A DNA stretch of 61,480 nt, the filler included, from Choristocarpus tenellus KU-1152 (taxonomy: Eukaryota; Protista; Phaeophyceae): the NCBI GenBank assembly GCA_964200185.2. It is 10 parts of 10 records of this genome, joined end to end, with 100 filler letters (N's around TTAATTAATTAA, not from the genome) between each part and the next. Parts side by side here need not be neighbours in the genome. Positions count along the whole stretch, not along the records: positions 21,886 to 27,760 come from CAXNAD020009538.1; positions 27,861 to 37,253 come from CAXNAD020003718.1; positions 37,354 to 43,741 come from CAXNAD020008242.1; 7 more parts are not named here. The stretch is one strand, 5' to 3'. A program made the translations under genes and the position numbers. The notes below the pieces were generated by a model. It was not told the DNA's origin, did no database searches, and was given only the letters and a program-made list of their open reading frames with translations. This document shows, piece after piece, positions 24,472 to 37,585 of this stretch (positions within the stretch are counted from its first letter, which is position 1; each line of letters begins with the position of its first letter).

Positions 24472-24973
24472 TCTGTCTGTCTTTTCCTTTGTTTGTGTGA
24501 ATTTGTGACAGAATAATAGTTCAAAAACTGGATATAGATGTCAGTTTTATGAGTAAAATGCATCGATATATATTCCTGATGACGTCCTTTTCTCGGTGTG
24601 TTTGTTCAGGGTGTTAAGGCCATGGTAATCATTCAATGCTCGGCTGAGAAGGCTAAAGTCGAGCCCATTTTGTAATGTTACAAGGATCAATAGAAGTTGG
24701 CGTTGTCAGGACCTCTTGTTTGGTAGATCTTGGTCTGTTTTTTTTATTGAGGATGAGGATCAAAGCATCTGGGGGGGGGATGCCGGCGTCCGTTCTTGAC
24801 CCTGACGGTTCCATCAAGATTTAGTTAGAAAACCCACAAGATAGTAAATTGGGTTTTGTAGAGATACCTTTCACATTTACGACAACTGTTACTTTTACAG
24901 GGGTCCATATGATACTGAGTTGACTTATTCCCTGACACATCTGCAAAGTGTCAAAGGGCATAATAATATCATA

Positions 24974-25780
24974 TGGTGTAGCTGCTGCCGCAGCTGAGGT
25001 GCAAAAACGCACCCACTACGAGGGTTCTTTCGACCCTCGTAGTGTCAACCTGAACACCTTCACGTTGGAAAGTTTTGGGTGCCTCGGTAAGCAAGCAGAA
25101 AGTATTCTGGATGAGTTGGCTATATGCACGCGGTAGGGGGGAGAGGGGTGGAGGAGGCTAAAGCAGGAAAGGAGCTATCAAATCCCGTGTATGACAGATA
25201 GTGTCTATCACAACACAAGTGGCTCTTTCAACACGTGTCAGAGTCAACGTATCTTAGAGGGTAGAGACACGTCCGTTTTGGGGTCAAAATCCAACGTTGT
25301 AATTTTGATATAAATCTGGCTATCATGTTTGTTTAGGAAGTGTCAATATCCTTGTTCCGGACACAAACTTTCATAGTGTATACATTTACCTACTCCAAAG
25401 TGTTTCGGAGTAGGTAAACTGTCATAAAAAAACTGTGGGAAGTCAAGCCCCAAACGGAAAAACAGGGCAAAACTCGTACCATCTAAGATACTTTCACTCG
25501 TCATGCGTTTAAAGGTTGAGATACCAAGGGATATGGACAAGGAGGGGCCTGTCAGATTCTTGGGGTACTTCCCTAGCTCCTCGCCCTGTGATGTAGGGCT
25601 AAGATAGGTTTGAGGCATTGGAGGGGAGTGGTGTAGTATACCTGGTAGTCAGATAGTAAAACAAAATATATATTTCACATTTACAACAACAGTTACTTTT
25701 ACAGGGGTTATGATGTTGAATTGCTTTTCATTGGTTTTCCCCTGACACATCTGCAAAATGTCAGGGGGCATAATGGTATT
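24974..25780 (+). mobile_element. 5'-truncated REL-type LINE (C-terminus plus 3' UTR) interrupted by a MITE
   Basis: GVAAAAAEVQKRTHYEGSFDPRSVNLNTFTLESFGCLGKQAESILDELA. The reading ..STRV/MRLKVE resumes after the MITE. The 3' UTR ends in GGCATAAT. Another 3'-UTR copy lies at ~24840-24968. Confidence 0.8.
25241..25499. mobile_element. MITE family A
   Basis: GAGTCAACGTATCTTAGAGGG ... CTAAGATACTTTCACTC with TSD GTCA/GTCA. Confidence 0.85.
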
Positions 25781-25786
25781 TATATA

Positions 25787-27479
25787 CAGTGGGTGTACCT
25801 ATATAAGAGAGGGTAGGGGCAAGCGAAAAACCCCTCTCATATATCCCGATCCTCTCTTATTATATATATGAGCACTCTTCTCTTAAGCCGAGGGATCGTG
25901 ACAAGAGAAACCTATATTATATCGAGCAACACCGCTCGTAGGCACTTTATACTTGTCCCCGAACGACAACTGAGGCACGCCCTTGCTGTATTTGTTTCCC
26001 ATGCGCCTTCAAGAGTGGTTACATTTAGATATGTATTGAACATTGCCCTCAGTAAGCCCATTTCGATGAAGCTGTGGGTGCAGCAAGCACCCCTTACACA
26101 GTATACCAGTGTCATATTATACAGTACTGTAACTTTGGTACATTACACTCATCATTACGATGTATTCACTCATCTGTACAGAGTAATTCCCAAGAAAAGC
26201 ATCCGCAAGCCGTTGGATGACTGGACAGACAACAATCAGTTCAAATATCAAAATAACAACGTGTTCAAGGCCAACCCCCCTCAGATGCCCTTCCCTACGT
26301 ATTCAATTGTACTCTACCAGAATATCATACAGTACAGTATCAAAAACGCCACTGTGGATCAAATGCAGCTGCACCGCCATGCACCCCCATCGTGGCGGTT
26401 GTTTCTAAGATTGCAAAATCTTCAGCTACCTGAGATTACCGCAGTGGAAGAATCGAGAACACTGAAGAGATTGCTCCCTTCCTCATGAACCCCAATGGGG
26501 TGCCCCCTCCCTTAAACCCATTGTCATTCTCATCACCCGAGCTTTCATTGTCTGAGTGGTACAAGGATTCCTCGAGCAGCTGGTCTTTCATGTCCTCTAG
26601 TATTGCATTGGTCACTTCATTGTTGTCTTCCACACTGATCCATGCTCTCGCTGCATCGATGGAAGTCTGAGATGGTTTTCCGCCGGGTTTGAGGCGCAGA
26701 ACATCAAGAGCATTGGGGAGATCCTCATCAACATGACCATTCCTCGTGCCAACACTCAATCGCTTCATGATGCACATTAGCTCATCGGTGTCCTCAACAG
26801 AGTTGTCAGTGCTGGAGGTGAACTTGTTCGAGGTAGAAGTAATTTTGGCAAACTTTGAGGTCACCTCCGCTTTGATGGGGGCAGGGAGGGATGTTGACCT
26901 TCTTGTTATAGTGGTGCTTTGATCCCGTTTTGTCACTGGCTGGAGGACTCAAAGCCTTGCGCTTGGTGGGGCTCACACACAATTTGCACATACGTTTCAT
27001 TTCGCTGGCACCAAAAAGGATCCATGACGCCACAAATTCCATGAAGATAGCCGCTAGAAATGCAATACTTATGGCATGTATAGTGTGGCGGACCAGGAGT
27101 ACTACCCTGTATGTTGCAGCTGGATCCCGTTGCGCAGGGCATTATATCTGTACAATGCAGTAGTCTAAACTTGACGTGATATACTGTACGTACTGTACTG
27201 TGCAGGACTGAGAGACTAAAGACTGCTATGCTGTGTACTGTTGGTCTCAACCAGGTTTGTAATTTTATGATATTTTACTTAAACTTAGGAATGACTTTCT
27301 GTGGAAACCCCTCGGTCAAGTAGTGAAAAAAAATACAAGTTTGCTCGATTTAGAAGAGAATTGACAGGAAAACGCCGAAACCTCTCTTATAGTTTGAAAA
27401 GTCGTGACAAGGCAATTTACCGTCTCTTATATCCTGTTTCTCTTATATCGACCTCTCTTATATAATAGACCCTCTACAG
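25787..27479 (-). mobile_element. Internally deleted pogo/Tigger-like DNA transposon
   Basis: TA-flanked imperfect TIRs (CAGT..TATATAAGAGAGG / CCTCTCTTATATA..CTACAG) with several subterminal CTCTCTTATA repeats at both ends. Minus-strand ORF pieces (MEFVASW.., acidic 26436-26936) are compatible with a transposase C-terminus. No DDD core was seen. Confidence 0.6.
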
Positions 27480-27760
27480 TAGGTGCCCCTATTTTGGGTC
27501 AAATATTATGAACCAAATCGGAAAATATTCAATTTTGTACCGCTTTTTTCGACATGCTAATAAAATAGACTTTTGTACCGGAATTCTCGGGCGATTTGGC
27601 ACAAAATACCAGAGATATTCACGCGATTTTGGCGCGTGGTGCGCGCGTAAAATTTCCTCGAGAATAATGCCTTTCTTCCTGGGTCATGCTACCATACAGC
27701 AGTACAGTACGTTGCTGGTAGGGGAATAAAGTGGAAGCCATGCCTTGTGCCGCGGGAAAC

Positions 27761-27860
27761 NNNNNNNNNNNNNNNNNNNNNNNNNNNNNNNNNNNNNNNN
27801 NNNNTTAATTAATTAANNNNNNNNNNNNNNNNNNNNNNNNNNNNNNNNNNNNNNNNNNNN
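27761..27860. other. Artificial contig linker
   Basis: N44-TTAATTAATTAA-N44. Confidence 0.98.
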
Positions 27861-28222
27861 CCTAAATGGACACCCTCGTGTAGACTCCCCCCCCCTCCCA
27901 GATACTTTGGGTCTATTTCTCTCCTTGCGATCTTCATGTGCCCATTGGCATTGTTATTGGTCTTGCTCTTGTGTTTGCCCTTGTTTGTTCCTTTTTCTGC
28001 CTCACTTTCTCCACTTAGCACATAAGTCTTTGCCTTTGTTCTTCAATTACAAGCATCTTTATTGCACTATTTTGGTCGTACTTTTCCCTACTCTGTAGCC
28101 ACTTGTATCCCACTACTTGCTTGCCCAGGATTCGATGTAGTCCTTGTTCCAATCCTGACATAAGCTCTGCATCTCAACGCCAAAATTGTAATACAGGACT
28201 TAATAGATGCCTCTCTTACCAG

Positions 28223-31200
28223 GGCAGAGGGAAACCACCCACCTCCGGATCTCCAAGGGGCTTTCCATAACCTTGATCGGACCTCAACAGGTCAGCTCGA
28301 CCGAACAAAGTTTGCCCTGGCAATGAGAGGGCTGCGCCCACGACTAGACCTTCCCCCTCCTGCCTTAGGAGTATTAATGGACTTCTTTGATGCTAGCAAA
28401 GAGAGGGATGGGAGCAGTATCGACTACAGGTGTGAAGAGTGGGGACTTGATGCAGTGCATAATCTTTCCTGTTCCCTCTGCTCACTGAACTCTTTGCTAG
28501 TCAGGGGTGTGGCTCTAGCCCTGAGCATGCTAGGCATGTTACAATTTATGTAGTCCAGAGTAGTAAAACAACTGTAACAATCGATCTTTCCTTTAGCCAT
28601 CATGAGCCTCTGAAATAGGTCTTAAGTAGGTGGGGTGTTTCTTGCGAACGTGGGGAAAGGAGGTTGTTTTGTTAGGATGATAAACTAAAGTGTGGAAATA
28701 TGGTGTCTGTAGGAAAACTAGGCCATGAGCTGGCTGAGATGGCTTAGTAATTGACCTGAAGTAAGTGATGTTGCTAGGGAACACAGTAGTATACTTCAAC
28801 CTGTGCTTTTCTTTCCAGGTAACAATGTTTGGACTGATGCAGTGTAAAAAAACCCGGGAAGCACTGCAACATAAAGACTTGGGTGCAATGGTACTGAGAC
28901 GAATCCAAGGTATCGAGAAACTGAATATCTGTCTACCACTTTGTTGCCTCCCATGGTTATCTCACTGCTGGTGAACATTGAGTTCTCTATACTCCACATT
29001 TCTCCCTCTGCTGTACATGTACCTTGTGAAACTGTGCCACACACTGTGATTCATGGCATAAAGATCATTTGTGATCTTCTGTGAGCAACGAGATAGTCAT
29101 CCCCGCGTGTCTCCTGCTATTGAGCGTCTAAGGCGGGTTGTGTTTCACCCCGGAGCACGAGATGTGTTCACACGACTTGACCCTACAGGGTCAGGCTTTG
29201 TGGAACGTGTGACTCTCTTCCAGGGACTGAGAGAGCTCGGATACTCTGGGATTCCACCGACTCAGGTGAAAAGGAGGGTCTAGTATATACATGAAATGCC
29301 CTATGGAGTATAAGAAAAGATATTTGAATGGTTTCCTGGTTCATATTGGGACATACGATAAATTTTGGCACTTTGGAGAAGAGGTTTGGTTTGCTACTGT
29401 AGGAATCCAGTCAATCTGTACTCTGGACTATCGTTTTTGCCCCAAACTGCCCATTTAATCAACTACACCAAGAGCCATCCTATCTGAGAGGGAGGTCAAT
29501 TTACGCCCTTGTGAATCTTCACTACTTTCAAAACCTTTTACCTGACACCCCATTCTCATTCCTGAATGCAGTTAGCCTTCCTTTGGAGGCTATGACTGTT
29601 GAAGAGAAGATGAATATTCGTCTATATGAGCACAAATCGTCCTCCACAGTGCTAGAAGCATGTATACCAGAAGGCAGTTACGGGCACCCCAAATGTTCAT
29701 CAACACTTCCCCATAAGATAGGATGACGCCAAGTAATCTGATGAGTTAATATGATCTCTGATGAGTTAATTTTATCTCCCCAATCATCATCACTTGCTCC
29801 TTTCCCTTTCTCTTACAATCGTCTTTCCGAATCTAGGAGTACATTTTCAAAGTGGCCACACCCTGCCCTTGCCAAATCAACAGATACTGCACTAATCCTC
29901 ATGCAATATAATGCTTCAAAATACTAGGAATTATACTATTTATCATGTTAAATAGCTATAGAAATGAATCTTTATATTCTTTTGAGTGAAAGTATCTTAG
30001 AGGATACGAGTTTTGACCTGTTAGTCCATTTGGGGCTTGGCTTCCCACGTTTTTTTTTGTGACATCTTCCTACTCCGAAACTTTTCGGAGTATGAATAAA
30101 TGTACACGTTATGAAAAGGTGTGTCCGGAACAAGGATATTAACAATTCCTAACAAACACGATAGCCAAAACTACATCAAAATCGCAACATTGAATTTTGG
30201 CCCCCAAACGGACGCGGTCCTACCCTCTAAGATACTTTGACTCTTTAATTATTCTGTGTACAAATGATAGCTAAAAATACATCCTCATTGACTGTTGGCA
30301 CGGCTTCAGTTCTAGAAATGCTGGTACCAGTATTCCAAGAAACCCAATTTCCCCCGTAACATTCACCCCTGTCCCCAATCTCAATCGAATTACTTGCCCC
30401 TCTGTACCTCAGCTTCGCCAAGTGGCAATGCTTTTTGAGGAGAGTGAGGACCGGATCAACTACAATGCATTCGTCACCTTCATCCGTGAACAGGCAGGCA
30501 GCCTTGTTGCCATGTCTGTTACCCATCGTCTCTGCCATCATCTGCTGACTCTGCGTGATACTCAGGGAGTCGACTTGCGTGCTTCCCTTGCTGTCCTAGA
30601 CAGCCCTGCCGAGGGACAGGGCCGCAGAGAGCTCAGGCAGGCAGACCTCCGGGCAGGTCTTGAACAACTGGGATTCAGGTAATGTGGTGGATAAGTGTTG
30701 ACACGAGGAATGTAGGTGTAGCCAGTGTCCAAGCGTGCTGTCAAAGAGAAGGGGGGGCTTTCAAGAAGAGATTTGGAAAATGGTTTGGTGGGGATTGGTA
30801 GGAGTCATTGCACAGTCTGTACATGTTGCATGTGTATGTCTCGCGACCCTCACAAGATGTCTCAATCTTGCCTCTTGTTGCAAGTCCAAACTACACCACA
30901 GTTTGGGTTGAGTGCCCACTATTGGTCTCTACATGATCCAAAGTATTGGATCACTCTTCTTCCCCTCTCCTCCCATTTCTTGGCTAATTGCACAAGTACA
31001 AGAACGAAAAGCTCATTACCATGGCAATTATGCTCTCAGCGAGTCAAGTCTATAGTTGGACAATTGTAAAGGATCCAAAGCATTTCAGAGGGTAGGAGTT
31101 TACCCTTGTTCGTCCGTTCAGGGCTTGGCTTCCCATGGGTTTTTATTTATTTTTTTCAGTTTTCTGTGAACACACTTACCTACCATAAAACATTTCGGAG

Positions 31201-34200
31201 TAGGTAAAATGTACACTGCTATGAAAGGTGTCTCTGGAGTAAGGATATTGACATATGCCAACAAACACAGTAGCCAAAATTACATCAAAATCACAACATT
31301 GGATTAATGACCCCGAAATGCTTTGGATCAAGGACAGGTGCAATGAGGAAGAGTATCGCGCCCTTTGCAAGCGTTTTGATCCCCATGGGACAGGGGTTAA
31401 TTATGGGGAGCTGGCCAACTTTGTGGAGGCTAGAGGAGACGATGGGCCTGCTTGTGTTCCAGATGAAGCCTCCACTGCAAAGGCTGTACGGGTCGGGGCT
31501 AGTTTGGAAGGAAGCTTGCTGCGAAGGGCTCAGGCAACACTCCTTGAGGCTGCCCAGGTCAGCAATAGGGGGAATGGATGAAAATTCAAAGCTTGCGCGA
31601 TATGAACCTGGTTGCTAAGCTGCCAGTATGGTGTGATTCAACAAGCACACAATTATCATTTTCCTGAGGGGTCACACCTCGCACAATGAGACACTCCACT
31701 AGTCATGCAGTATGTTGGGTTATATGACACAATGCTATGCACATTTAACTCGACATGCTGTGTATAATATGGCACATCGTTACTGCTTGTTTTGTAGAGC
31801 GCATCAAACCATACGTGAATCAGAGGTCATTCAGCATTTCGTGCTTGTCCCAGTTCTTGTAACATAAGTAGAATATATTTTACTACGAAGTGGAGAGAGA
31901 GGGTGAAGTTGTCCATTTCAATCTAAGACGAGGAATATTCTCCCTTTGCTTTTGCCCCTGCTTGTGCATTAAATACTGTGCGCCACTGTTCGTCCTTCAA
32001 ATGAGAACAAGAGGATTCGCAGTAAGTGCTAGAAATACCTAACTGCATGCTACGATATTGTATCCAATCATCCTCTTTGATTGCCCCTTTCTATTCCCCT
32101 CATTCAGCGCATGGGAAGAGATTTTGAAGAGTTTGATCGCCCATACCTGAGGTATGATTGGCGCAACACAGGTCAAGTTGGGACAGCAGAATTCATCCGT
32201 GCCACCATTCGCTGTGGTTTCCCGTTCACACTAGAGGAGGTAACATAATGTAGCAAAGAATCGAGTCAACCTGTACAGGCTCAAAGTATCTGGGGGGGGG
32301 TGGCGGCTGCCAATTTGGGGCCCATTTCCCAGGTCGCAATTTTTGGGTGATTTGGTTGCATGTGTTGGATCGATAATGTAAGCGCACTTTTCCTGATCAG
32401 GGCCCAAATGGACATCCTTGTGTGGACCCCCCCCCCCCGCCAGATACTTGAGCCACAGGTTTTCCACCTTCCCATTATGAACCCTCCCATTTCTCAGGAT
32501 TGTCCCTCTCCTGCGGCTCCCAGCTCCAATTTGTGTCTGACCTACCCTGCTCTACCCCAAATCATGGCCTCTAGCCTTTCCTCTGTCTCACCATACCATA
32601 ATTTGTGTGCATTACTGTCCTGCTCCTTCTTCATGCCATGAAGGCTGCAGGTCTAGCTGGTGCATTCGGTGATGGTACTGTGGTGGCCTTTCCTAAATTC
32701 CTTTCATGGGCTACACCTGGCCCTGATGGCCTTGCCTCTTCTGGCCTAGGTCCAGGTCCAACCTTGAGCACACCTCGCTCAACCTCTCACCCCTACTTGG
32801 AATTGTCCAGGAAGGAGAGTCAGCGGTATCAGAGTGGGGTGCAAGTGACTGGGGACTCCAAGGAGGCACTAGTGAAGATCCATGCTGCCATGCAAAGGAT
32901 GGGAGCTGAGGGTGAGGCGAGGTTTAGAGATGCATTTGAGGCAGTGGATCCAGGGGGGAGGAGAGGAGGTGTCACAGAGGAGGAGCTCGTGAAGGTAAAG
33001 TGTGCGGTGTGTTGGTGTGCCCGTATGGTACTCAAGTGTGCCTGAAATATGTCGCTTGTATCAGAAATGTTTTGGACCTTGAACGTGCCACTCTCACACC
33101 TCACACTGTTTCTTGACTGGCTTCTCAGCTGTGTCGACTTAGCCTATGTGCGGTGATGTTGATTCTTGCCTCCGGTGACAGGATAAAGATTGATACAGTA
33201 ATCACATCTCTTGATCGGGGTAGTGAGGAGCACTGATTTGAAGAGAGTGCCGTGGTGGGGATTTGATGGAAGTGTTGGTGTGACTGTAAAACCATTGGTA
33301 TCATTAGAGATTTGGAATTATAGCTCTACTGTTGTTTTGACCCAAAGTGTTTTAAGAGGGTAGGAGTTTTGCCCTGTTTGTCCGTTCGGGGCTTGGCTTC
33401 CCACAGGTTTTTTATGCCCTTTTTTCGGTTTTCTGTGTGAACATAGTTACCTAGAATGTATACAACTACGAAAGGTGTGTCTGGAGCAAAGATATTGACA
33501 CTTGCTAACAAACACGATAGCCACAATTATATCAAAATCGCAACATTGGATTTTGGACCCCAAATGGATGCAGCCCTACCCTTATAAATGATTGATTTTT
33601 TGTCAGCTTGTAGATTGAGTTAAAGAGGATATTTCCATATCCTATGGAGAGCAATGCCCACATCAAAGTAACAGGGCAGTGTTCAATTGAAAGGCAAAAC
33701 GCCAGTCCAAGCACTACTGCTCCTTCGATGAATCTTTATATTCTCCAGAGGAGATCGGAAAAGTGTTAGTCAAAGCAAGGTTATAATTCTTGATGGCAAA
33801 AGATTTCAGGTATGCCTGGGTAAAACTTAGGTTTCTTGCATATAGAAAATTAAGAATGCCTAGGGAAAATATCATACACCGTGGAAATGCCGAATTGAGA
33901 CCTTAGCCTTTTGGAAGGAGATCAAATTATTTATGCATCTTTTTTTAACAGCATTTGGTAACTCATGAAAAGCGAGTGACCTCATACTCTTAACACATGG
34001 GAATGAGTCGTGGACAAAGGTTGCTATGCAGCTCTTACTTGTGCAACAATTTTGATTACCCTGCCCACCTCTTATCACCCTTAGGATTTCCGCTTTCACC
34101 TCCTTCTTGTCCTGGACATATCTCTGCCTTGCTCATATCCAAGCTCACCAACACCATTTCATGCATGTCACCCAAACTGGTAAGGTGATGGCGAGCCTTG

Positions 34201-36972
34201 GACTTCCTGTGTCCGCTAGGGATGTTGCTGGGCTCGTTCAGGGGTTTTCTGCTGGGGTGGGTAGAGATGCATTAGTGCTATACCCAGAGCTCCTGCAAGC
34301 AGTGCATCAAAGGAGTCCTGCGGATTTGGAACCAGGGATAGCTTCAGGTACAGGGATCGACCAGTGTCAGCACCACAGCATATTATTGCGGTATGGCAGA
34401 CAGTCTCCAAGGAGTGCTTTGTGCCGGGGATAGTGCATGCTTTTTTTTTATGTTTCATTTTTTTCTCCCTCATCCTTGCCCGTAAAATGGTCCTCAAATT
34501 GTTAACCAAAATGTGTTTGGGCTCAGGAGATAGATAAAATGTCACGTGCAACTGTGTGGAAGACGGACCAGAGAGTATTATGCTACTGAAACCTCTTGCA
34601 ACCTCTTGCTCGACTGGGTTGTTGTGACACTGTTAATGTTCATGAAAGAGGACTACTTTCCTTTCAAGCTCTTGAAAATACAGAGGCAGCTCTTCACACC
34701 TCTCCTGCTCTCAGTGGGAACACGAAACGGATAGTTTTTCTTTATTTTACAGGTTACTTTCTTTGCCCAAAAGCAAATCCTTGAACACACTACCCAGATT
34801 TGCTTTTATCCCTATTCTACAACCCCTTCTAGATACACTTGTACTGACAACTACTACTACTACCACTACTACTACACTATTCCATTACTTCTTACAAAAA
34901 TGCACTTTAACTTAACATTCAGGGACAGGGGAGATGGTTCAAAAAGAAAAATATATACTACTTTAATACCCTACACATCACACTTGACCCATGAGATGCA
35001 TCCTAAGATTCATCCCACCACTCCAAACAAATGCAGGAGGCCATCCTAAGGTCCTCCGTAGCATACGAATTGAGCTAGGTCACCTTGCTACCCAACGTCG
35101 CCCTGCGGGAGTCAGTGGAGACAACTTTGGGGACAGAAGCCAGTCAGTACAACACCTGTTTGAGTCACTGGACAGAGGAGGAAAGGGATATCTCTCACGC
35201 AGTGAGCTGAGGGATACTTTGGAGGAGATGGGCTTCCGGCTTGTAGGATCAGAGGCATCCAATGTCTTTGACTTTTTTGATCCCAATAGGTGGGCTTGTT
35301 GTCTGATGTCCTGTTGAACTAGTGCATAGCTATTAATAGGAATTGATGCCCATTTCATATCATAAGCCCTACTCTTAACCCAGTGACAGTTCATTCTTCG
35401 CTCTGATGCGCAGAGATATTTCCGTTTTTGCATCAAGGACAAATAGCGCACTATGCAGTGCATCTGCCAACTACTACCTGCAGTCCTTGCAATGCTCCAT
35501 CAGATATCACATTCCCTTTAGGGTGAAGCGATATCTAGAGCTATGGACCCAGTATGTTCACTCAGTTTTTGAATGCTCCAATCAGCCTAACCATTTCATC
35601 TTAATCTCCTACAATTTGATGATATCCTGAAGAGATGGTCGGATTAATTGTCAAAACTTAATCAATGCCTTGGAGGAGGGACCTGGAGGAAATGTGCTTG
35701 CAAGAGGTGAGTATCTTGGCTATGATCCCTTGCCTCTATCAAGGAGGAGCCAGGGAAGTGGTGGAGGTAGAGGTAATGAGCTCAAGCTTCAGGACTTGGT
35801 AAGGGGGGTATTCAAACGAGCTGTGGAAGTGGGCATTGACTACCGCTCAGTGATGGAGGAGGGGGATGAGGCCTTCGAAGCTGTTATATCCCAGGAGAGG
35901 TGAGTGTTGATGGCCACATTGCTCTAGTGCTCTACTCCCAAGCACGTATCTCCATGACTGAACTCTGAGTCAGGTCACCTGTGACAGTACATTCCAAGAG
36001 TTGATACTTGAAAAACTCCTTCCCGAGGCAAATGTGTGAGATGGGCCAGCTGAAGTGCCAGGAGTAGGCAAGGGAGAAGCAACCACTTCTTTTCTTGTTC
36101 GGGGGGGGCAGGGGTTGCCAGGATTGACTGGAGATCGAAAACCCTGCGTCATTGCAGCATGTCGTACAGTTGACAAGATGATATTGCAGGAATTTTTGGA
36201 TGTGACACATGTTACAGTAGGAGATGCAGTATAGCCCTAAGGAGTAACATGGTAGAAGAGAAGGGGAAAGGGCCCCAAATCATCGAGCAAAGCCAACCTT
36301 CCATATTACCTCGTTTTAGTAGGGTAGGATCTATTTTCAAGTTATCATCATGGCTATCTCGCTCACTGCCATGTCACCCAGTGTTCGAAAGGCCTCTATC
36401 TGTACATCCCAACCAGAAATATTGCTTGCCCAAGCGAACATCTCTGTATATTGTGTTCCCTCGATTTCACATGTAAAACATTCCCTCAAACAAGACAGGG
36501 TAAGATAGACTCAGAGCTGCTAACAAAGGTCATGATGTCTACTGTTGTCAGAATACTAGGAAGACCTATACATAAACAGCAAGCAGGTGTCATAATGATC
36601 ACATTGACTGTCCCCCCTCAAGCACGCCTTCAGAGACACCCTCAGGTGACCTGGCCCCCCCGACCCATGTCTGTTCACCACCATCTCTCTCACCAACATC
36701 ATTTTCCTTCTCAATTCTCTGTACCTTACAAAACACTCATGAAATACAGTTTTAGGGCTGCGATGCGCACTCTCCGCAGTGGCTTGTCAGACAACAAGTT
36801 GGAAGAGATCGAGAGAATGTTTTCTGTTGATGGTGGAAGGGCTAGCGGTAGTGCCACAGCCAGAGGGAGAAGGGGTGTGAGGTACCTGCAAATTCTTCGT
36901 TGGGCAGATCCTGGAAAAAGGAGTCGGGATGGGACTCTCTCTGCCCCAGGCAAGAGTGGTTGGGAGGATAAG
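28223..36972 (+). CDS. Large multi-EF-hand calcium-binding-like protein, internal fragment (10 exons)
   Basis: Phase-consistent GT-AG exons: 28223-28429, 29064-29265, 30413-30678, 31338-31557, 32108-32239, 32644-32994, 34185-34347, 35037-35289, 35633-35899 and 36750-36972. EF loops include LDRTSTGQLD, LDPTGSGFVE, YDWRNTGQVGTAEF, LDRGGKGYLSRSEL and FDPNRDGRIN. Confidence 0.9.
29984..30243. mobile_element. MITE family A (intronic)
   Basis: TIR GAGT(G/C)AAAGTATCTTAGAGG with TSD TTT/TTT. Confidence 0.9.
31072..31329. mobile_element. MITE family A variant (intronic, abutting the acceptor)
   Basis: TIR GATCCAAAGCATTTC / GAAATGCTTTGGATC with TSD AAG/AAG. Confidence 0.85.
32278..32454. mobile_element. 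MITE family B (intronic)
   Basis: TIR GGCTCAAAGTATCTGG / CCAGATACTTGAGCC with TSD ACA/ACA. Confidence 0.9.
33339..33590. mobile_element. MITE family A, right TIR decayed
   Basis: The left TIR and interior align with the other A copies. Confidence 0.8.
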
Positions 36973-37253
36973 GTGAGGGTCCCACTAACTGTAGGTGACT
37001 AGGTGGTACGAGGGTACTTTGACTGTTGGGGACTCAAACCAAAGACCTATTTGTATTTTGCAGTCTTGACTTGAATTGCAGCGGAACTGAAGGTTCTGAG
37101 ATTCACTGTTGGGTACACATGCTCGAACTACTATTTGGGAGATCTAGGGGAAAGGTGAGCTGTAGATTGGACCAATATGGCCAGTGTATGCAACTTTGCA
37201 TCTCCAGGAGAGGGTGGTAGTGAACCACCCATACTCCTTGTAGAGGTCTGTAG

Positions 37254-37353
37254 NNNNNNNNNNNNNNNNNNNNNNNNNNNNNNNNNNNNNNNNNNNNTTA
37301 ATTAATTAANNNNNNNNNNNNNNNNNNNNNNNNNNNNNNNNNNNNNNNNNNNN
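37254..37353. other. Artificial contig linker
   Basis: N44-TTAATTAATTAA-N44. Confidence 0.98.
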
Positions 37354-37585
37354 AAAAGAGAAGAAAGGGGGGGAGTGTTTAATTTTTGTTTTTTTTGTTG
37401 GGGGGGGGGGGGGGGTAGGGAAAGAAAAAAATGTCTACTGATTGGCCGATGCTTTCATCCTACTGCTCATCTACTTACCATCTAATATACTTGGAGTATG
37501 TATCATTCTTAAGAACAGAGACAAGACCAGGTCTAATAGGCACATCTTACTCACACAGCAAGTTGAAGTACATGCAGATACCCAC

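Noticed and set aside
25868-26488. 206-aa plus-strand ORF
   Set aside because: It lies inside the pogo-like element, starts in subterminal repeats, is antisense to the transposase-like remnant, and has no recognisable motif.
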